The notes: generated by a model not told the origin, from the sequence alone. Shown: positions 24,090 through 38,515, counted from the first letter of the stretch. The stretch is 64,000 nucleotides of DNA from Epiperipatus broadwayi (GCA_028023455.1 JAQFVV010000002.1:29078001-29142000), one strand, 5' to 3'. A program made the numbers and translations.

Positions 24090-25806
24090 TGTGATGATCG
24101 CACATACTGCGGTCACACATATAAATATTAAACATTCACAGAATATTAAATATCATGTTTGATAAAATAAAGAAAAAAGAGCGAGCTTAGAAAAATTTAC
24201 AGAACAAAGAAATGTTTCAATTAATTAAAAAAGAGAGGGAATTAGAATCAAAAAGATTCTTATCTTTTACCCTCCAAAGGTCGGATTTTGGTGAAATTAA
24301 AATATAACATTAGAAATATTGGAAGTGTACATTAAAAAATAAAGCGATAAAGAAATATAAATAAAATGCAAGTTAAAATCTGATTTTGAAATAAAGTAAA
24401 GTTTAAAAAACCTTAAATAGTGCACAAAACAGAGAAAGTTAGACATGATCAAAAGATAAGGATCTGGGTTTTAGAGTACACATTTGACGATAAATGTATG
24501 GAGTGTATTTGAAGCAGAATATAGACAGCAATAATAAATGCTTGTCTAAACTTAAATAAAAAAAAGAGAGAAAAAACATGTATTAAAATCTGTGTAATTA
24601 AATTAAAAAATATTGGAATAAATAAATGTACATAGTGCTACTAGATTGGGTAAAACAAATATACATATGGCCGAAGGCATAGTAAGAAAGGTGTGAATGA
24701 AAGTGAAAACAAAGGATCGGAAGGACAAAGGCTGGTGGAATTTTTTAATTAAAAAAAAAGTTTTTCAGTAGGGATTAGAGCGAGAGACTTCGTGTCGAGA
24801 GGGTAGTAAAAGACAGCTCCGATAATCAACCACTATAGTTAACAAATATGACTTTCAACATCGGTGCCTCATCTAGAATGGCTGGCTAAGGCCATCGTGA
24901 TTGCTGGTCAATCCGGACTTACTGTACTAATGGTTCTTGTCAAAATATAACAACTGCCGTCATAGTGCCTGCTGGTGGATTCATTTAGTTGCCTTGTCCT
25001 TGATGCCTCATCCTTGATGCCTTAAACATGGGGAAGCTACACACAACCAAATCTAACCTGCGACCATCCCTCCTAAAGAAGTGGAGAAAATCCACGTGAC
25101 GGTTGGCAAGACGTCGGATAAATTCAGAGACTAAAACCTAGGTAAAGATACATACTATTTTGTTATATATTTCAATGTGCACATACTTTAATTAGACAAT
25201 GGCCACATGCCTTTTGTGAATGATAAAGACATTCTTGAATTTTTTTGATAAATACCCAGACTGACGATTTATAAATGTACCATCATTTATAATAGTTTTA
25301 TATGTATTCTTTTCTTGTAGCACTATAGATTATAATCTGTTTTTCATTTCATGTTAATGTGTTTTTTTTTGTTATATCTCTTTTATGATTAATTTATTCT
25401 ATTAAATCTATTATTTTATTTTAAACCTGCCTTGTCTCATTCTTCGCCACTCCAAAAGGGTAGTCTAGTCAAAGGGTGGGAAAACTATTATTCTTTTTTT
25501 TTTATTATTGAATTAACACGTGAAAGTTGGTGGTGCAGTATTTGATCCTGTTAAATTTATAAATCATCCAAGCGCTGTGACTCTGTCAGATCTTACAGCA
25601 GTCGAGAGACGGTTGGTCGGGAAAAATAATCTGGTGCTATATCCGAATAGCATACAGATTTGGTCAAATACGGATATAGACTCATGTATGTCCATATGTT
25701 CTCTCTGCTTGAGGTAGCAGAAAGTGGACGATCTTGAATCATTAAAATTCCCCATTATGCACTCATAAAAGGGAAGAGTAGCCTTCGATCGTCCCGTGCC
25801 ATTACA
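24090..25806 (+). mobile_element. Probable solo LTR (TG...CA, ATAT flanks), ~1.7 kb
   Basis: ATAT|TGTGATGATCGC...GTGCCATTACA|ATAT. The CCATTACA 3' end is the same as in the 57572 solo LTR, and a hairpin follows the 5' TG as in the other LTRs. Confidence 0.45.
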
Positions 25807-27233
25807 ATATATATATATATGTGTGTGTGTGTGTGCGTGTGTGTGTGCAAGTATAGATGTAAATAGACAAAATAATACGGCAATAATAATCATTTTATAA
25901 GTTGAATTTAAAAAGATTTAAGAGAAATGGAGATCAGGCAAGATTTACAGTTTAACTTTTAAAGTATTTTAAAATTTACAGATTGAAATACACTTATCTA
26001 ATACAGTTTAATTAATTTAAGAGAGAATACACTTATTTAACATAGTTTAATTAATTTATGAGATTTGTGCACATTATTTATATTATATAGCTAGCTTTAG
26101 GGCAGATTTAGAAATTGCTATAGCATTAGGTTTAGCTTGGTTGAGAAGTTGTTACCGGTTGTTTACTCTGAAGGCTTGCAGCTTGACAGTATGAAACACA
26201 CACACACATGGGCTGATTTTCTCTAAGCTGGTTCATCTATGGTCTATTCTTTCAGGAAAACTGCGGCTTGGGTCTTCAGTCTCCATAACCAGTTCTGGCT
26301 GCCAAGGAGGCAGCAATGATGGTCTCTTTAGCCAATAGTTTTCCTAATAAAAAATGGGCACACTGCCTAGATATGAGTTAACACATGAGTAAAGCAAAAT
26401 GGATGATGATTTCTTTTCAAACTGGGTTTTTTATATTTCTTTACCCCCCCCCTCTTACAGCTCATTCACAATCTTTATTTTTAGACTTTAAAACTTAAGA
26501 AGTCACTAATTTCATCAACTTCAAATGAATCGACTGGATTGATTTCAGGCTTAATGCTTATTAATTGTTCCCTTTTATTTTATAAGATTCAACTTCAGCT
26601 GGATTTTATTGCAGGCTTAATTGTTCTAATTTTTATTTTATAAGAATCATAAAGTCTGGATTTATTGCAGGCGGTATTTTATAAGATTTACAAAGTTCTT
26701 TTTCTTTAAACAGCAAATTTCTTTTTTCTTTTTCTTTTTTGAAAGAGATTTAAGCTGAAAACATTTCAACATATACCTGAGAAAATTGCCTTTGTCTTTA
26801 AGTATTATACATGATTAAGTAATTTAATAATTGGATAACTTCAAAGACAGTTTGAAATAATTTAGAGAACTATGTTTATATATATATATTTACAATGCCC
26901 ACAGCTTAAAACAAATTTAATAATTTAAAATCATAAAACAAATATTTATATGAAATTATAAAAGTCTGTACATTATATAATAATATCAATCAGATGCAAA
27001 TATACAATTTTTCGTAAGAAAAATATTACAAAATGTGTATACAATCATTTAAAATAGCAGATGTGTGTGCATATACAATTACACACATATACATGTAAAT
27101 ATACGCTTCTATATATATTATATTCTTATTATAGTTATATATATATGTGCACCTCTAGGGTTTGAATTTGGGAAATTAAGACTACTATTTTATATAGTAG
27201 GTGAAACTGTATGATGACCAAATCGTACTGTTT

Positions 27234-27769
27234 CAATACATATTTCATGCTAAACCAGCAATCATCAGTTGGTCTAGATTACTATCCTCACACATATATA
27301 TAATCAGTACTCAGCTTTATATTAAGATAGCCAATCTTTATACTTAAATGGACAGGCTTCAAACTATTCCAACTCACAACTCTTTAGCCTTCCATAAATG
27401 CAGGTTTAAGCCTGTACAATGTATTAATTCATATAAATAGTGTGTAAAAGGTCTGCCCATCCCTCGCATATGTATGTATAAATGGACTATTTTCCTGTAC
27501 ATGAGGGGTCAGAATAACTAATATGTCAACATGGGTAGGATGACAACCTTGGCACCAAGAAGGGCTTTGAATGTTCCATCATCAGATTTTCAATGAAATG
27601 TAAGGCTAAAGAGTTGAGAGTTGGAATAGTTTGAAGCCTGTCCATTAAATTATAAAGATTGGCTATCTTAATATAAAGCTGAGTACTGATTATATATATA
27701 TGTGAGGATAGTAATCTAGACCAACTGATGATTGCTGGTTTAGCATGAAATATGTATATTGGTGATTAT
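27234..27769. mobile_element. Inverted pair (~165-bp arms, ~200-bp spacer) of HHR family C units
   Basis: 27234-27395 is the near-perfect reverse complement of 27597-27761. Both arms end in a hammerhead core pointing outward. Confidence 0.85.
27711..27769 (+). ncRNA. Type I minimal hammerhead ribozyme, family C
   Basis: GUAAUC-uag-ACCAA CUGAUGA U UGCU GGUUU AGCA U GAAA U AUGU A UA^ UUGGU-GAUUAU. Predicted cut after 27758 (AUA triplet). Confidence 0.7.
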
Positions 27770-27968
27770 TTATCTTTAAAACATGTGTGTGATCAGGTCG
27801 ATCAGCAATATAGATGGCACTATATATATATAATTTCACTAAATATTTCATAATTCATTTTAATATCCATTCAAATTGATTGACTTTAGGGTAAGTAATT
27901 AATGAAACAGTGAATGGTAAAGAACACATATATGGATATATTTGTACAGATTCAATATATATATATAT

Positions 27969-28900
27969 TGTACCGATATTGAGATTGGCACATATAATTT
28001 TATCTAAAATTATTATTAAAATAATCTTTCATAAAAGAAAACATTTATAATCAAATAAGATTAGAAATGTATTATGAAAAGAAGGTTGGAAACAAGCCGA
28101 AACATACATACGTGTAAATAAGTCTTTCTGCGGAGCGAACCCGATACATAAATGGCTATACCCAACTTGGGGCTGGACCTAAGAAACAATAGTAATTAAA
28201 TACTTTGTTTCTTGTTCAAAAAAATTTATACAAAAGCTAAATTACGTATGTAAAAGCATTTTAATTTAAAAAAAAGAATTGATTGAAAACTTTTTTTTCT
28301 TTAAATGAAAAGAGATTTTAACATTCACGTTAGTTAAAATAAATCATTGTGTTAAATCAAAGACAATTGGGTATTATGGGTGGAGTTAAAGCATTAGAAA
28401 TGGGTAGAGAAAAGGATAAAAAGGGGTGGAGTCAGCGTGTGTTTCCGTCTTAGTAAGAAAAATAATTAATAATAATTTATGTACCGGGTTCGCTCCGCAG
28501 AAAGACTTACTTACACGTATGTATGTTTCGGCTGGTTTCCAACCTTCTTTTCATAATACATTTCTAATCTTATTTGATTATAAATGTTACGTGAACGAAC
28601 CAGCACATTCGAGCAAAATGGGAGATATTATTGATAACTTTAACTATCAACAATGTCCCACCTCAGCTGCTAGATTCAAACCCTTACTATCCAAACACTT
28701 TATTTGTTTCAGAGTAAACTCCAGGCACCAGTTATCTATTCAGAAGAATAAACAATGTATTTGGTCAGTAGGCTCATAATCCAGCGCTCGAAACAATTCC
28801 CTTAACTAGCTCAGTCTAATTTTACATTTTTCTTTTATGAAAGATTATTTTAATAATAATTTTAGATAAAATTATATGTGCCAATATCAATATTGGTACA
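27969..28900. mobile_element. Foldback element with ~185-bp TIRs, TG...CA ends, in (AT)n; ~230-bp insertion in the right arm
   Basis: ATAT|TGTACCGATATTGAGATTGGCAC...GTGCCAATATCAATATTGGTACA|ATAT. The left arm 27969-28152 matches 28475-28590 plus 28825-28900 in inverse. Confidence 0.75.
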
Positions 28901-30094
28901 ATATATATATATATATATTGTATGTATATGACTCATTTCAAACACACAGATATATATTATTTAATTAAAAAAAAATTCTTTTATATATATAGATTTATGT
29001 GTATGTATATTATATGTATAATATATAGTTGATTATTAAGAAGTGAATGAATATAAGGTTATAAGAGATGATATTTTAATATATTATTTTTCTTATTAAA
29101 TAATTAATATATTCAGTTATTTAGTTTTATTTCTGTAAAATAAAACATTAAGAAAAGGTGTAAAAAAGGACAATTGTATAATTAGTAGATTGGGATATGA
29201 AAATGTACACGTGTGAGTATGAATGTTTTAAATATAAAACATTTTTACACAAATCTTTTAATGACTTAGATTGCAAGCTTTGTTGTTTTTGTGTTATCTA
29301 AGATTGTAGATATCTAGAGAGGGAAGTGATGCTTGGATGTAATAAAAGTAACAATTAATCCTAAGTTTTTATTAATCGCGCGACCGTCAAACTTGTGAAG
29401 CTTTGATTTTTATCTCAAGATAAAGATTTCCAGGTGTCCCTTTTTCTTTGATCAAAGATTCGCAATATAAATGAATGAAACAATATTTAGAGGCAGTCAG
29501 TTCAATTTTTTGTTTGGAGGAGAGTGATCTAACAATATGTAGTTGTTGTTTTTTTTAAAAAAAGGTCAATCATTAATATTACTAAGATCAATTTTTTCAT
29601 TACTAATAGAAAGAGATGTAATGATTGAGTTCGTGAAAACCAAGGGAAATGGACAGTTTTCATTTTTTAAAAAAAAAAAAGGTGAGTGCGATTGATTTTC
29701 TTTCTCTTTGAAAATTAAGAAAGGAGAAAGATGACTCTTGTTTTAAAGTCAGTATAGATGAAGATGTGCATATATATAAGTAATTCCCAGCAATATTAAA
29801 AAAAGAGAGAAAGAAAAAAAATTGAATTTCTTGGAGGAAGTTATTTACAGTTCTATAAAATGATATTAATATATTTTGCTGGGTATAATACAATGAATTT
29901 GCATTGCTAAAACCATTGTTTCTGCTTCCAGATTAATACAGAATGTGTTAAATCACTGGTCTACTGTGGACCCATATACCGGTCCATAGTAACCAAAAGA
30001 ATGGACAAATTTAAAACCAGCCAAAAATGTCATCTTATTATTATCTTTGACAAGAGCCAAGAAGAAAGGAAAGATGAATAAAAGTCATATATAT

Positions 30095-33000
30095 TGCAAC
30101 AGGGTAGGTATAATCAAACCCTGTTGCGATAATTAGATGAATACGTAATCGTATATTTAATGCATTATAAAAAAATATATATATCTTATTACTAACATAT
30201 TATTAAAAATATATATTACTTTACTAACAAAATTAATATTTACAGTTTGATGTACAATCAACAGTCATTTGCGTGGTCGTACAGAATTGATTTAGTTATT
30301 TTAATTAAAAAGAACTCGTAGAAGAGGTAGGGGGGGGGTTATACACTTGCTCTGATTTTTTTCTCTCTTTTGCAAAACCCATCTATACGCATTGCTATGT
30401 ATATGTGTGAGTGTGTTTTGAACCATTAAAAATGAAAAATTCACAAAATAAAAATAGAGAAATATTTTGCTTGATCAACTTTTAAATATATACATATTAA
30501 GTCAACAAAAGAACTTTAAATATCAAGATGGAAGACTAATTTTGCAGAACAATGGAAGTAATGATTGTAAAAATCTTGGAATGTCTAATTACATCTATAT
30601 ATGTCACTATTAGTAAGCTTACTCCACGAATTTGAGAAAACTGTTTATTTGACACAATTGTGAACTTAAAATTTATTTTCTTTGCCCGGAGAGGTCAAAC
30701 TATTTACTACGGAATTTATTAATGTATAAATTAGTCCAATTAAATCTTCGGTGCAAAATACATATCGTAGCATATTTGTGTGTGTGGGAGTTTTGGCAAA
30801 AAGAGAAAGGAGCAAACAAAGAAAAAAAAAGAGAACTGATATGAATCTTTGATTTAAAAGAGACATTAATTTAACTTAGGTATAAATAATATTTTTTTTA
30901 TACCTACGTAAATATCATAGCTAATAAATGTATATAAAATGAATGGGTTTTTTTTTGTTTTGTTTTTATGTTATGAGGTGTTTTTTTTTAAATAAAAAAA
31001 AAGGAGAGAGAGTTAGATCGACTGCCGGTAAATTTTACCACCAGCCCTGAGCTGAGCTAGTCCAGGGGCATTTCCATATTGGTATTCCAGTTCTCCCAGC
31101 ATAATTCTTATAGAAATATGGGATTGGTGCTTGAGGTCATAAATTGATGCTCATAAATATGCTGGGGCAATAAAATGGAATAATTTAAAAATAAATATTC
31201 TTTTAAACCATTATGCATATACGTGTATCGTTATATATACATACACACAATCATACAAGACTACATATATGCGTAAAATACATATGGAAAATGGCAAATC
31301 CCATTATAATGGCGACCCAACTAAAGGGCATCGAAGAGAAGTAGGTCAATGAGGGAAAGAAAAATTAAAGAAATTAGCATGAATTTTTTTTTGAGAAAAT
31401 AATTAAAAATATACATATCGGTTTTGTCAGATCATTATTGTTTTAGCTAATAACGGAAGTTATATTATATTGGCAGAGTTGGATGTAGTTAATATTGAGT
31501 TTTATAAGTAAAAAAAAAACTTTTTAGGCTATATGAAAAATACCAACTGAGTGCAGAAAATAAAAGTGTTTCATAAAGTAATCAGTTTAGGTTAGACTGG
31601 TTTTTTTTAAAGAGCTTTCAGTTTGTTATGGATTTTTTTTTTTGTAAATAACGAACGTAAATGTTTTATTGTTCGCGATTGATTTTTTTTTTTTTTTTTA
31701 AAGTAATACAGATATTTTAAAAGGGAAAAATAAACGAGTGTTTAAGTGGTTAACACTTTATAATTAATCCATTTTAATTAGATACAAAATAATTATTTGG
31801 CTTTCTGTCACTTATTACTATAAGATGTCATAACCAGATAAAAATAATTTGTATATATATTAAATTGATGTCATTTTAAAAGAAATTCGAGTAATGGATT
31901 ATATTTAATTTACACCCACACAGTAGCTATGATTTTAATATATTTTACACTTTTTACTTTTATAATCATTTTGACAATTTCTGAATTTGAAACTAACTTT
32001 GAAACGAAGATTTTGATATAACAATAGTCTATCTGTACTAGTTTTCAAAGCGAGGTTTTATAAAAATGGAAAACAAGAGTAAGTCGAAATAACATAGTGA
32101 AATATCGATTGGTCAACAGTAAAATTATAAATATATATATACTTAAGAAATATTGAAGGCGTAAGGAAGTCTGGGAAGGTGTCAGCACTATGCTTTGGGA
32201 GTTTGGAGGTTCGGAATCTAGCAGCATAGAGAGCAAATAAATTGTGGCTGTGAAGATTTTGGAGGAAGGTGGTCTAAGTCTGATGGTGGAATATGGGATT
32301 GGCTGCTCGATCGGGCATGTGGTGTGTTGCGTTCTGTGTATAGCTGCTTTTTATTCCCAACATGGTTGGAAAATTCCGAATAAGAATCGGGCATCTGTCC
32401 TAGTTACCCACACCCATAAGACTCTGAAGCAGCAGAGTGTGGTTAGGAGATGCCGGCATTTGTCCTAGTTACCCACATCCATAAGACTCGGAAGCAGCAG
32501 AGTGTGGTTAGGGAATGGCTTCTCATTTAGTCGTTTAACCAAGTAGGTCGGGTGAAGTTGGCTGTGTTCATTTGTAGCACGTCATATGTGCATGAGTTGT
32601 GGTCAGACCCAGTGTATATTGTTGGGCTGGTGGGCGCTTACTCTTATATTTTTATAGCTACAGGGTGAAAGTCAAAAAAAAAAATTTGATTTGAGGCCAT
32701 TACGAATGGTTCACGATATTTAGGAGCCATTCAAATCCATAGACCATATTTGAAGGCTTCCGGGAGGGGGTCTAGCAACAGGGTAGGTATAATCAAACCC
32801 TGTTGCGATAATTAGACAAATACGTAATCATATATTTAATGCATTATAAAAATATATATATATCTTATTACTAACGTATTATTAAAAATATGTATTACTT
32901 TACTAACAAAATTAATATTTACAGTTTGATGTACAATCAACGGTCATTTGCATGGTTGTACAGAATAGATTTAGTTATTTTAATTAAAAAGAACTCATAG

Positions 33001-33985
33001 AAGAGGTATGGGGGGGGGTTATACACTTGCTCTGATTTTTTTCTCTCTTTTGCAAAACCCATCTATACGCATTGCTATGTATATGTGTGAGTGCGTTTTG
33101 AACCATTAAAAATGAAAAATTCACAAAATAAAAATAGAGAAATATTTTGCTTGATCAACTTTTAAATATATACATATTAAGTCAACAAAAGAACTTTAAA
33201 TATCAAGATGGAAGACTAATTTTGCAGAATAATGGAAGTAATGATTGTAAAAATCTTGGAATGTCTAATTACATCTATATATGTCACTATTAGTAAGCTT
33301 ACTCCACGAATTTGAGAAAACTGTTTATTTGACACAATTGTGAACTTAAAATTTATTTTCTTTGCCCGGAGAGGTCAAACTATTTACTATGGAATTTATT
33401 AATGTATAAATTAGTCCAATTAAATCTTCGGTGCAAAATACATATCATAGCATATTTGTGTGTGTGGGAGTTTTGGCAAAAAGAGAAAGGATCAAACAAA
33501 GAAAAAAAAAGAGAACTGATATGAATCTTTGATTTAAAAGAGACATTAATTTAACTTAGGTATAAATAATATTTTTTTTTATACATACGTAAATATCATA
33601 GCTAATAAATGTATATAAAATGAATGGTTTTTTTTTTGTTTTGTTTTTATGTTATGAGTTTGTTTTTTTTTAAATAAAAAAAAAGAGAGTTAGATCTACT
33701 GCCAGTAAATTTTACCACCAGCCCTGAGCTGGGCTAGTCCAGGGGCATTTCCATATTGGTATTCCAGTTCTCCCAGCATAATTCTTATAGAAATATGGGA
33801 TTGGTGCTTGAGGTCATAAATTGATGCTCATAAATATGCTGTGGCAATAAAATGGAATAATTTAAGAATAAATATTCTTTTAAACCATTACGCATATACG
33901 TGTATCGTTATATATACATACACGCAATCGTACAAGACTACATATATGCGTAAAATACATATGGAAAACGGCAAATCCCATTATA
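30095..33985 (+). mobile_element. Complete non-autonomous LTR retrotransposon (Ty3/gypsy-like; LARD/TRIM-type)
   Basis: 5' LTR 30095-31308 and 3' LTR about 32774-33985 are highly similar. PBS-like TGGCGACCC at 31310, PPT GGGAGGGGG at 32762-32770, 4-bp TSD ATAT (30091-94 and 33986-89). The ~1.46-kb interior has no recognisable gag/pol. Confidence 0.85.
32390..32512. repeat. Two ~65-bp direct repeats inside the LTR element interior
   Basis: GGCAT(C/T)TGTCCTAGTTACCCACA(C/T)CCATAAGACTC(T/G)GAAGCAGCAGAGTGTGGTTAGG occurs twice. Confidence 0.85.
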
Positions 33986-36900
33986 ATATAGCCAGGTTTG
34001 ATGAAGCTATGAACCAAATTTTTGTTAAAGTTTTCTTCAGTCATCTAAAGTGTCTACAATGATGGTTTTTGAAAAAATTAGAAGCAAGCCAGTCAACAAA
34101 TTCAGCGTTATCAAAAGTATCAGCAATAAATAATTTTAAAATTGTGGAAACAGCAAGTCAATTAATTCATGTTTATTAGAAGGTATCAACAAGAACTTTT
34201 CTTTTTTTAAATGGAGCAAAGACAAGCAGTCGGAAAATTCAAACTCAGGACATTTATAAGAAGTGAAAATAATCGGATAACTATGAACTTTCATTAGCAG
34301 ATCTTTTATTCTTGCTTATTAAAAGTAAACCTTAATTTATTGGTCAAAGCATTATTTTTTTTCTTTTGATACAGAAACATTAGGGGCTTGTTTATCGATA
34401 GTCATTCTCAATATCACATAATATAACACAGTTTAAATCTTTAAACTTAAATTTTCATTATTTTTTATTAATTTTTTTTATATTATATATTGTAATATTG
34501 AAATGTTTTTTTTTTATTGTTCTTCATTTGTTATGATAATGAGCAATCTATAAATATATGCATTTATAATGTTTTTTTTTATTTATCTTGTTGCATATTA
34601 AAATTGATATAATGTATTTTATTTTCTTTTGCTCAAGATTGCAAGAATATTTTTTTATATATGTAATTTGTGTATTAATATCTAATATAAAAGAACACAT
34701 TTTAGAAATATATGTTGACATATCACAGGGTGTGTGTGCATGTGTAACTACTTATACAAACACGTCAAAAGAATAGGTTATACATAATTAGTTTAAATAT
34801 GGTAAATTATAAAGCAGAGATTCACATTTGAATGGAAATGAAATAAAACACACACAGGTTACGTATGAAATTTATTTTTATGATATAGTAAGTTAGGAAA
34901 TTCTTAAGTAAGCATTTATAGAATAATTTTTTTTGTGTGTGTCATTTTAAGCCAGCTTATTTTAAAATTATCCAAAATGACAAACTTGTATATTAAATTT
35001 ATTTGGTTATGCTTACATAAATTTTTGTATTAGTTCCATAGTTAATCAATGTAATAAAAAGCCATTTATCTAATTAGTAAATTTGATTTTAAAGAAAGAA
35101 AGAAGAATAGTATTAATAAAATATTATATATTTTAATTGGTTTCCGAGTTATTATTAAAAATATCATGTTTTTCTTGTCTTGATTTTGTTGTTTTAAATG
35201 ATCATCATCGCTCGCAGATATTAAGAATCATCAGCACTAGCAAATATTAAGCAAGCGCTCGCAAAATGTTAAGTAAGCTAGAATATTAATTTACCTTTAA
35301 GTATTTAAGGATTATGCTTGATAATAACCAAATTTTAATAATTATAGTTCAATAATAGAAAGCTAAAATTATGTTGTTGTGTCCATGAGTTTTGATCATC
35401 TTCATCAAAGATGGATATTATATTATTGATTAAAACACCATTTAAACACAGTACGGTACACGAGTTATGATCGCCATCATCATTGATTACATAAATTATA
35501 AGCATTAAATCTAATGTTTACCATAATTAATATATTTAGTAAATAGGGGTTTATAGAAAGTTGAATATCACGTGGGGAGAGGCATGATGATCAGTCATCA
35601 TCACTAGTATTATTAAATCCAAGTTTTAACTATAAAAGTATTTTAGTAAATAACCATAAACTTCTAAATGCTAGTGAATGTAATATTTAAATCCCATTTT
35701 GACAAGGGATGATTTTAAAAAGTGCTTATGAGTTTATAAAGATAAATTTATTGTTGTGAGTTCATTATAAAGCTATGGCTGGTATCATCATCACTATTAT
35801 TATCATTATTATTATGATATTATCATCAGCATCATTATTATCATCATCATTATTACCTTTATATTGTGATAAATAATCTAGTTAAAGGGACATCAATATC
35901 AATAATGGTCTTCACGATGCTTGTTAGAAGCCATTAATAGGATTATACTTGTCTGTTCATCAATATACGTAAAATTGAGCTAGCAATATCTATAAGAGTC
36001 TTGATCTATATAAATTTTGGTGATATGGGGATCTTATGATTTTATTGACATGAGTAAAATATAAGAGTGTCATTTTTTTTCATTAGTCATCCAAGTCATG
36101 TGTAATAAAAATGTACCGAATGAGTTTGAACTCAGTACACTCTAAACAGATATGTATCTAGATTTAAAACAATCTAGTGGCGCTCATGGGAAAACACATG
36201 TACTTAGCTAAACTGAATAAAGAGTGATTTAATCCCTTTCCAACTTAATGATATTAAGTTTATATGATAATTTTATACGTTGTTATAAATAGCACCAATG
36301 TGTGTGTGTGGCCGTGAATGGTCGTATATACATGGAAAGTGGAATGAGAAGGATTCTTGGTTAAAAGAGCCTAGTATTGGAGATAAGCGAAATGCACTCC
36401 AGGGACCTCACAGTGGGTAATTTTATTCAGTTGCTATATTTAATATTATTTTATTTGATGACAATGACCAGTATGTTGTATTGTTCAAATGACTTCCCAA
36501 TATCGAAATATTTTAAATCTTTAAAGATGACAGTTTTAATTTTCATTGTTGTTATTTTAAGTATTGAAAAATGAGATAATTTATTTATTTCATTATTAGC
36601 GTGACAGAATTAATGTTTAGGATAGTTGCAAACGGGCTATAATGTTATATTTAATTAATTAAAATATAGACACCCAAATAGAGCACGATATGCATATGTT
36701 CTTATTTATATGTTAGCGTCATCCTTATTTAATTATAAATTGTATTCTAGCTAACACAGTAAATTCATTTCTCATTTAATTTACTCGGTTACAAATGATG
36801 AACCGCTAGAGCATATCATATATCCTGTTTAGTGTTTAGTTATTGAATTATAGCAACTATCATTTTATCATTCATCAATATATAGATTGTAATCGATTAT

Positions 36901-37169
36901 AAAGTAACAGCCTTTTATCAACCTTTTTATCAGTTCATCTTTATTTATTCATACTGTTACAAATGACAGATTATGAGTATATTTTAATAATTAATAATTT
37001 CGTCTATCGTCTATCTATATTTTATTTCTGTTACAAAATGGGTTTATTATTCATATCCGTTACAATATATATTCTTTATCACCTTTTTAAATATTAATAT
37101 TAATACTGCATTTTTCCAATCATCTGGTACAACTTTATTATATAGACATTTGGTATATAACTTTGGTAA

Positions 37170-38515
37170 AAAAAAAATTATTTCTTCACCTGCTTTTTAA
37201 AAAAGGTGATAAAAAATATTAAGAAATTGCAGACCTATCAGCTTATTATCAGTTTTGTACAAAACTTTTACAAAGATAATTACAACTCATCTACAGAGAA
37301 CATTGAATTCCCACCAACCAAGAAAACAAGTTGGATTTAAAAGTGGTTTTAGATCCAGATATTGACAGAAGTTATAGAAAGGACAAATGAATATGAGTTG
37401 CAATTATACTTTGGATTTGTAGATTATGAAAAGCCATTTGATTCTATAAATATTTCTTCAGTGATTAAAGCATTGGATCATCAAGGTATAGATCCAGGAT
37501 ATTGTCATATTTTAAAGAATATATATAAAAATGCAACAGCAATAATTAGATTACATAATGATACTGGAAAAGTCAATATTGAGAAGGATGTACGACAGTG
37601 TGACACCATATCTCCAAAACTTTTTACAGCAGTGCTGCAAGAAGTATTTTGTGGATTAAAATGGGAAGCTATAGGAGTGAAAGTAAATGGAGATTATTTA
37701 AGTCATTTACATTTTGCAGATGATGTAGTTATTTTTGCAAATAATGCTTTAGAGTTGCAGGAAATGTTACAGGAGTTATCAGGAAATGTTGCAGGAGTTA
37801 TCAGATGAAAGTAGTAAAGTATGACTAAAGACAAATGAAAAAAAGACTAAAGTAATGTTTAATCGATTTTCTCAAAATATGAAAATACGCAAATAAAGAT
37901 TGATTATGATGAGTTAGAAGAAGTTAACAGTTACAAATACATTGGTCAGATTATTAATACAGGTGGAAACATAATGGATAAAATTAATCATAGAATTAAA
38001 CTTGGTTGGAGTGCTTTTGGTAGAAATAACTTGATACTAGAAGAAAATATGCCTACATGTTTGAAAAGGAAGGTTTTTAATAAATGTGTTTTACCAGTTC
38101 TTACTTATGGATCTGAGACTTGGACACTTAATAGAAGAGCAATACAGAGACTTCAGACCACTCAAAGAAGTATGGAGAGATGCATGTTAGGAATAACAAG
38201 AGATCAAAAACCCAATATATGGGTAAGAGAACAAACAGGTGTTACTGATCTCATTGAAAAAAATTAAAAGAATGCAATGGAGTTGGGCTGGAGATATTTC
38301 TGGAAGAGATGGTAATAGATAAACAATTGAAATCTTGACCTGGATTCCAAGACATGGTAAAAGACCCAGAATGCGACCATATGTGAGATGGATGAATGAA
38401 ATAAGAAAGTGTACAGGGGCGATGTGGAGAAGAGAAGCTAAAGATCAGAGAAAATGGATTAAAATTGGAGAGACCTTCATCCTGCAGTGGATTGATAATG
38501 GTTGATGATGACGAT
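37170..38515 (+). mobile_element. 5'-truncated RTE-clade LINE (RT domain and 3' end), frameshifted
   Basis: KKGD..RPISLLSVLYKTFTKII; ORF 37362..37808 (FVDYEKPFDSI...VRQCDTISPKLF...HLHFADDVV); ORF 37974..38267 (CVLPVLTYGSETWTL...TTQRSMERCMLG). Confidence 0.92.

Noticed and set aside
25520-25893. Overlapping ORFs of 65 and 109 aa
   Set aside because: They lie inside the probable solo LTR, partly read through microsatellite, and show no recognisable domain.
26235-26295. Minus-strand CTGAAGA...GAAA motif
   Set aside because: The intervening sequence cannot form stem II and stem III is absent.
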